Assembly: GCA_041548245.1 (NCBI GenBank)
Contig: JBFESZ010000029.1
Coordinates: 1-22,042, forward strand
Direction: 5' to 3'
Length of the DNA: 22,042 nt
Origin: Sulfurimonadaceae bacterium
GTDB lineage: Bacteria; Campylobacterota; Campylobacteria; Campylobacterales; Sulfurimonadaceae
The notes beneath the pieces are model-generated. The model did no database searches, had not been told where the DNA came from, and was given only the letters and a program-made list of their open reading frames with translations. A program made the translations under genes and the position numbers. This document shows positions 17,408 through 22,042 of this stretch, piece by piece (the stretch's first letter is position 1; each line of letters opens with the position of its first letter).

Positions 17408-17855
17408 GAAGCTTTACAAACTGTTCATAATATTTTTGACTCTCTATGACCAGTTCCTTATCAATGAGTTTGGTAGGCTGCATCTTCTGATGCTTTTCGA
17501 TCATAATATCGCACATCATCTTGATACGCATCTGCTCTGCCAGGGAAATCTTCTCCTGATCCGCATAGGTGCGAATAATAGAGAGGTACTGCTTCGCTTC
17601 TTTGTTATAGTTGACATACCGAAGGGCATACTTGCTTTGAACCATGATCGAATTGGCCATTCTGTTATACGGTTCTTGCTCGAAAGCCTCACTCGATAAC
17701 TGATATGCTTTTTCATACTTTCCAAGGGAGTAGTAGAACTTTGCCTCAAGAGACTTCTCATAGGAGGGATTGAAAGCAAAGTAAGCACCCATCACTATCA
17801 ATAAGATCAGTGTTACAAGGGTCCAACTCTTATAGCGCTTTATCGACTTTGCCAT
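17382..17855 (-). CDS. Hypothetical single-pass membrane protein with a TPR-like helical domain
   Basis: Basic N-terminus plus one TM, TPR-like 'AKFYYSLGKYEKAYQLSSEAFEQEPYN' and an AAGGTG SD. Confidence 0.8.
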   Translation of the reverse strand: MAKSIKRYKSWTLVTLILLIVMGAYFAFNPSYEKSLEAKFYYSLGKYEKAYQLSSEAFEQEPYNRMANSIMVQSKYALRYVNYNKEAKQYLSIIRTYADQEKISLAEQMRIKMMCDIMIEKHQKMQPTKLIDKELVIESQKYYEQFVKLHERLVKAL

Positions 17856-17869
17856 CGTTTCACCTTTTC

Positions 17870-18493
17870 TTAGACAATACTCTTTTGCATCAGTTTATCA
17901 TGTATCAGCTGTTTTGCTTCTTCCATCTCCATTCCCGTCACCTTAAAAGGTTCGGAGGTAAAGAACTCAAGATGGCAAAATGGCTTGGGTATCACAAACC
18001 TGTCCCACGAACCCAATTGCCAATATCGGCTTGGAATACAGTTTTGAACAACGACAGGTCGATCAAGTTTCTGCGCGACTGCCACAATCCCTTCTGTTAC
18101 TGAAAAACGTGGTCCTTTCGGGCCGTCTGGTGTAATACCAAGGTCGTATCCATCGCGGACTTTTTTGATCGCTTGCATCAAAACGCGTGCTGCGCCGCTT
18201 CGGGTTGAACCGCGAATCGTACCTAGACCAAAATATTGCATGGTCTTGGCAATAAGTTGACCGTCAAAGTGCTCAGATATCATAACAACCGCCTTAGGAT
18301 CTTTACGCCAATGCCTGTAATTCAGAGGCTGCATCAAAAGATCACCGTGCCAAAATCCGATTACACATCTCTCTTCCGGAAGGTTCTCGGGCGTATGAAA
18401 AGTTTTTTTGGAGGTAAGATAGATGATTTTAACAAGAAGCGCCCCCACAAAGGGGACGACGAAAGAGGCTATCGAGCGAAGAAATCTCTTCAT
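17870..18493 (-). CDS. lpxJ: DUF374 lysophospholipid acyltransferase family, LpxJ-like lipid A secondary acyltransferase
   Basis: [25 protein letters not shown] and [11 protein letters not shown]. Directly downstream of miaB (ATGA overlap), as recalled for Helicobacter/Campylobacter lpxJ. Confidence 0.8.
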   Translation of the reverse strand: MKRFLRSIASFVVPFVGALLVKIIYLTSKKTFHTPENLPEERCVIGFWHGDLLMQPLNYRHWRKDPKAVVMISEHFDGQLIAKTMQYFGLGTIRGSTRSGAARVLMQAIKKVRDGYDLGITPDGPKGPRFSVTEGIVAVAQKLDRPVVVQNCIPSRYWQLGSWDRFVIPKPFCHLEFFTSEPFKVTGMEMEEAKQLIHDKLMQKSIV

Positions 18494-19791
18494 TCCTGAA
18501 TCTCACCTGTTTGTGCCATTCGGCCCGTCTTGGTGACTTTGACTTTGGCAAAGGTACCCAAAAGATCTTCCCCTGCCAAAACTTTGATCATAATGTTATT
18601 GTCACTGCGTCCGGCTATATATCCGCCTTCGCGCGTCTCTTCAAAAAAGACTTCATAGGTCTTGCCGAGATACGAAGCGGTGATCTCATCGGTAATACTG
18701 TTTTGAAATCCTTGAAGATAGGCAAGGCGTTCAGAACCTATTTCAGGATCAACCTCATTGGTCATCTCAGCCGCTTCAGTCAATGGACGAGGAGAATATT
18801 TAAAAGAGAATACCTGGTCAAAGCGGACCTGTCTCATCACATCGATTGTCTCTTCAAAGTCGGCATCGCTCTCACCCGGAAAAGCCACGATGATATCTGT
18901 CGAGATGCTCACATCCGGGATCATCTTACGCAGTTTATCCGCGCGGTTTAAGAACCATTCCTTGGTATAACCACGTTTCATCATCTTGAGTATTTCACTC
19001 GACCCGCTTTGAAGCGGCATATGCATGGACTTACAGATCTTAGGGTTGGCAGCAAACTCTTCGAGGAACTCATCATCCATATGAAAAGGATGCGGTGAAG
19101 TAAAACGGATCCGCTTGACCTTATCTATTTTGGAAATACGACGCAGCAGCTCTGTAAAGTTTACCTTCTCATGCTCGCCTGAAAAGCGGCGCCCATAATT
19201 ATTGACATTCTGCCCCAGAAGAAAGATCTCCTGAGCACCGGCCTCTGTCGCTCTGACACACTCGTTTAAAATAAGATCTGTCGGAATGGAGATCTCATCA
19301 CCACGTGTCTTCGGAACGATACAAAAGGTACAGGACTTGTCACAGCCTATGGATATATTGACATAAGCCTTATGTTTCGAACTTCTAAAATCTTTAAAGG
19401 CAAACTGACTCTCATCATAGTCGATATCGATCTCAACTGCTTTTGGCTTGTGCAGTACTTCCGTTATCTTCGAGACATTACGTGCACCTAAAACAAAATC
19501 CACATAAGGAGCGCGTTTGATGATATCCTTGCCAAGATGCGAAGCGGTACAGCCACATACACCAATCTTTGCACCAGGCTTTTTCTTCTTATTAAAGCCG
19601 CCAAGCTCAGAGAAAAGTTTGTGAACAGGACGTTCACGAACCGAACAGGTGTTGATCATGATCAGATCAGCTTCTGCCGAGTCTGTTGTGACCTCATAGT
19701 TCTCTTTCTCTTTGAGCTCAGCGATCATATGCTCAGTGTCACGCTCGTTCATCGCGCAACCCAGTGTTTCAATAAATACTTTTTTATTCAT
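18490..19791 (-). CDS. miaB: tRNA-i6A37 methylthiotransferase MiaB
   Basis: [23 protein letters not shown], radical [32 protein letters not shown] and a TRAM domain. Start is ATG 19791 or TTG 19794. Confidence 0.97.
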   Translation of the reverse strand: MNKKVFIETLGCAMNERDTEHMIAELKEKENYEVTTDSAEADLIMINTCSVRERPVHKLFSELGGFNKKKKPGAKIGVCGCTASHLGKDIIKRAPYVDFVLGARNVSKITEVLHKPKAVEIDIDYDESQFAFKDFRSSKHKAYVNISIGCDKSCTFCIVPKTRGDEISIPTDLILNECVRATEAGAQEIFLLGQNVNNYGRRFSGEHEKVNFTELLRRISKIDKVKRIRFTSPHPFHMDDEFLEEFAANPKICKSMHMPLQSGSSEILKMMKRGYTKEWFLNRADKLRKMIPDVSISTDIIVAFPGESDADFEETIDVMRQVRFDQVFSFKYSPRPLTEAAEMTNEVDPEIGSERLAYLQGFQNSITDEITASYLGKTYEVFFEETREGGYIAGRSDNNIMIKVLAGEDLLGTFAKVKVTKTGRMAQTGEIQE

Positions 19792-19826
19792 CAATAGACA
19801 ATCTTTTTATAATTACCGCTAAGCGA

Positions 19827-20069
19827 CTATAAAACATGTACCTCATACATATAGTCGTTGTCATTCAGACCGTAACGTACTTCTCTCATATAAAAACTTT
19901 TTTCACTGTTCTCGAAGTGTTCACCCAAAGCAATCAGGTCTTTGTGTGAATTATCTCTGTCAAAATAGATAATCGCTGAACCATCTTTTTCCACCATTGC
20001 TTCGATCTTTGCCAGGTCTGTCTTTTTCGGTTTGCTGTTTAGTTCAGTGCGTACTAGCTTTAATTCCAT
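19827..20069 (-). CDS. HP0268-family small nuclease (SMR-like)
   Basis: 80 aa, MELKLVR...IYFDRDNSHKD...REVRYGL...YMYEVHVL. Lies between nusA and miaB, as in Campylobacter. Confidence 0.85.
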   Translation of the reverse strand: MELKLVRTELNSKPKKTDLAKIEAMVEKDGSAIIYFDRDNSHKDLIALGEHFENSEKSFYMREVRYGLNDNDYMYEVHVL

Positions 20070-20106
20070 AGTTTTTTCCCTCGTTTGGAGTTTTATTTAT
20101 ACCGCG

Positions 20107-20112
20107 ATTATA
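20107..20112 (-). promoter_or_regulatory. sigma70 -10 box for the HP0268-miaB operon
   Basis: TATAAT on the minus strand, about 38 nt upstream of ATG 20069. Confidence 0.65.
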
Positions 20113-20151
20113 TCTTCTTATTACTAAAGTGCGTATTAAGTCTATTTTCAG

Positions 20152-20157
20152 TATAAT
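20152..20157 (+). promoter_or_regulatory. sigma70 -10 box for nusA
   Basis: TATAAT preceded by TTAAG and T-tracts typical of Campylobacterota promoters. It implies a leader of about 105 nt. Confidence 0.65.
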
Positions 20158-20168
20158 AAGTTTCTCTT

Positions 20169-20241
20169 TTGATAAGATTTACCGAAGCCCTTGTACACAG
20201 GAGCTAAAGCGGGTGAATCGATTACCCCACAAACTTATCAA
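20169..20241 (+). ncRNA. Candidate structured 5' leader RNA of nusA (three-way junction)
   Basis: P1 TTGATAAG(A)TTT/AAACTTATCAA encloses P2 AGCCCT...AGG(A)GCT and P3 GGGTGA-ATCGA-TTACCC. Confidence 0.45.
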
Positions 20242-20268
20242 TGTTAGCCATCTTAAAAGGATACCGTT

Positions 20269-21402
20269 ATGGAAAAAATAGTAGATATTATCGAATCAAT
20301 CGCGCATGAAAAAGGTCTTGAGCCTGAAAAAGTCAAAGAAGCACTCAAGACTGCCTTTATACAGACAGCAAAACGTGTCATCTCTGACCACTTCGACTAT
20401 GAAGTAGAGATCAATGAAGAGACACGTGCAGCCTCTATATTTCAGATCATCACTGTTGTGGCAGATGACGCTCCCGAACTTCAGGGTGAGCTGGCTGACG
20501 CGTACATCTCGTTGACAGATGCCAAAGAGCTTGACGAAGATGTCGAGATCGACGATCAGCTTCAATATGAGCACAAACTTGAAGATTACGGCCGTACTGC
20601 AGCAGGTCAACTGCACAGAGAGATCGAATACCATATCCAACGCCTTGTCGAAGATGAACTCTATAACAAATTTAAAAGCAAAGTAGGCACTATTATCTCC
20701 GGACGTGTCACACGCGTGGACTCGGCCAACAACACCTATATCGAACTTGATGAGATCCGAGCTGTCCTTCCAATGAAAAGCCGTATCAAAGGTGAAGTCT
20801 TCAAACCGGGTGATATGTTAAAAGCCGTCGTACGCCGTGTCACTGTTGATAAAAACGAGGGTATGATTACTGAGCTTTCTCGTACCAGCCCTAAGTTCCT
20901 TGAAGAGCTGTTAAGCCTTGAGGTCCCTGAGATTGAGGACGGTTCCGTCATCATCGAACACTCAGCAAGAATCCCTGGTGAGCGTGCGAAGATCGCTCTT
21001 TATTCGACACACCCTAAAGTCGATCCTGTCGGTGCGACAGTCGGTGTCAAAGGCGTGCGTATCAATGCGGTCAGCGAAGAGTTGAACGGTGAGAATATCG
21101 ACTGTGTCGAATACACGAACATCCCGGAACTTTTTATCTCAAGAGCGATGAGTCCTGCTATCATCTCTTCTGTCGTCATCCAAGAGACAGCTGAAGGCGA
21201 AGAGAAAAAAGCCACAGTCATCCTTCCGGCTGATCAAAAATCAAAAGCGATCGGAAAAAGCGGTATCAATATCCGTTTGGCCTCTATGCTTACCGGTTAC
21301 ACGATTGAACTGCAAGAGCAAGAGGGCACCGTTACTTCCGAGTCTGGCGAGATTGAAGAGGAAAAAGAAGGTATCGATTCTCTAGAGGCATTATTTAAAT
21401 AA
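20269..21402 (+). CDS. nusA: Transcription termination/antitermination factor NusA
   Basis: S1 domain, LSRTSPKF, ARIPGERAKIA, DPVGATVGVKGVRI and KAIGKSGINIRLASMLTG (KH domains). AAGGA SD. Confidence 0.97.
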   Translation: MEKIVDIIESIAHEKGLEPEKVKEALKTAFIQTAKRVISDHFDYEVEINEETRAASIFQIITVVADDAPELQGELADAYISLTDAKELDEDVEIDDQLQYEHKLEDYGRTAAGQLHREIEYHIQRLVEDELYNKFKSKVGTIISGRVTRVDSANNTYIELDEIRAVLPMKSRIKGEVFKPGDMLKAVVRRVTVDKNEGMITELSRTSPKFLEELLSLEVPEIEDGSVIIEHSARIPGERAKIALYSTHPKVDPVGATVGVKGVRINAVSEELNGENIDCVEYTNIPELFISRAMSPAIISSVVIQETAEGEEKKATVILPADQKSKAIGKSGINIRLASMLTGYTIELQEQEGTVTSESGEIEEEKEGIDSLEALFK

Positions 21403-21420
21403 TTTTCATCATTTAATACG

Positions 21421-21445
21421 GCTAAAGGAGCAAAACTCCTTTAGC
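21421..21445. terminator. Hairpin between the convergent nusA and ABC permease genes (probable terminator)
   Basis: Perfect 10-bp stem GCTAAAGGAG-CAAAA-CTCCTTTAGC. The U-tract is poor on both strands. Confidence 0.6.
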
Positions 21446-21537
21446 TATAGTAAAACACTGAGTATAAGACACCGATGTTACTTGGTGCCATTATTTGGGT
21501 CAATATACTATTTATATTAATGGCTTTAAGCTAAAAA

Positions 21538-22042
21538 TTATCCCCGTTTGAAATACGGATTTAACTTCAACAAGATAAGATCTGAAAACATATTTCCCAA
21601 AAGCGTCAAAAAGGCTGTTACCATCAAAATCCCCATGATCACAGGATAGTCCCTGCTCAGTGCGGACATATAAAAAAGCTGACCCATTCCTTCGATTCCA
21701 AAGATAGACTCCAGAATAACAGAACCGCCGATCAGTCCAGGCAAAGAAAGTCCCAGGAGTGTGATGATAGGGGGCATCAAGTTTGGAAGGATGTAATAGC
21801 GCAAAAGCTCTTTATCTTTTAAACCCCTTGCTTTTGCAAAGAAATAATAATCACTCTTTAATATCTCCGTCACCAAAGAGCGGACATAAACGATCATGGA
21901 GCCCAAGGAGACAAAGATCATGACGGATATCGGCAAGAACAGGTGCCAGGCCATATCCAGATAATACCAAACACCCTCCTTCGGTTCAATGGAGTGTAAA
22001 CCTGCGATGGGAAACCACTCCAGCTGTACCGACAAAAACAGG
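21538..22042 (-). CDS. Peptide/nickel ABC transporter permease, DppB/OppB family (3' part only)
   Basis: HLFLP, EAA-like loop (ILKSDYYFFAKARGL), GGSVILESIFGIEGMG and RDYPVIMG. The frame is open to the window edge. Confidence 0.93.
   Translation of the reverse strand, partial: LFLSVQLEWFPIAGLHSIEPKEGVWYYLDMAWHLFLPISVMIFVSLGSMIVYVRSLVTEILKSDYYFFAKARGLKDKELLRYYILPNLMPPIITLLGLSLPGLIGGSVILESIFGIEGMGQLFYMSALSRDYPVIMGILMVTAFLTLLGNMFSDLILLKLNPYFKRG

Noticed and set aside
20189..20199. CCTTGTACACA matches a conserved 16S rRNA segment
   Set aside because: Only 11 nt with no flanking rRNA similarity. It is not an rRNA fragment, and mimicry cannot be supported.
21480..21525. Possible dif site for the Xer-like recombinase
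   Set aside because: No convincing match to the 11-6-11 dif consensus (no TTATGTTAAAT arm), only AT-rich weak symmetry.

Overview
Core chromosomal region of a Campylobacterota (epsilonproteobacterial) bacterium. It is probably a free-living Sulfurimonas/Sulfuricurvum-like organism, inferred from gene order and protein style. Layout: minus-strand operon pglG-like, hisH, hisA, cheY, prmA, ftsH and a partial psd-like gene; divergent waaC-lpxL; a variable block (Nudix hydrolase, unknown 126-aa protein, YhiN/HI0933 flavoprotein, cNMP-binding protein, msrPQ); rimO-tilS; a tightly coupled minus-strand operon of HP0268-like, miaB, lpxJ, a membrane-anchored helical protein, a tyrosine recombinase and pilM/N/O-like genes; nusA; and the 3' part of a peptide ABC permease. 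I saw no rRNA, tRNA, CRISPR array or IS. The most interesting observations are: (1) a cNMP-binding protein whose N-terminus resembles a degenerate Phd/YefM antitoxin domain; (2) a Xer-like recombinase and a membrane protein embedded, with overlapping reading frames, in the lpxJ-pilMNO operon; (3) a likely ATC start codon for the YhiN-family gene; (4) a three-way-junction RNA in the nusA leader; (5) a DccR-type direct repeat at the msrPQ promoter; (6) a possible 19-aa hydrophobic sORF with type I toxin-antitoxin-like layout after nusA. All homology calls come from motif recognition and recalled synteny, not database searches.
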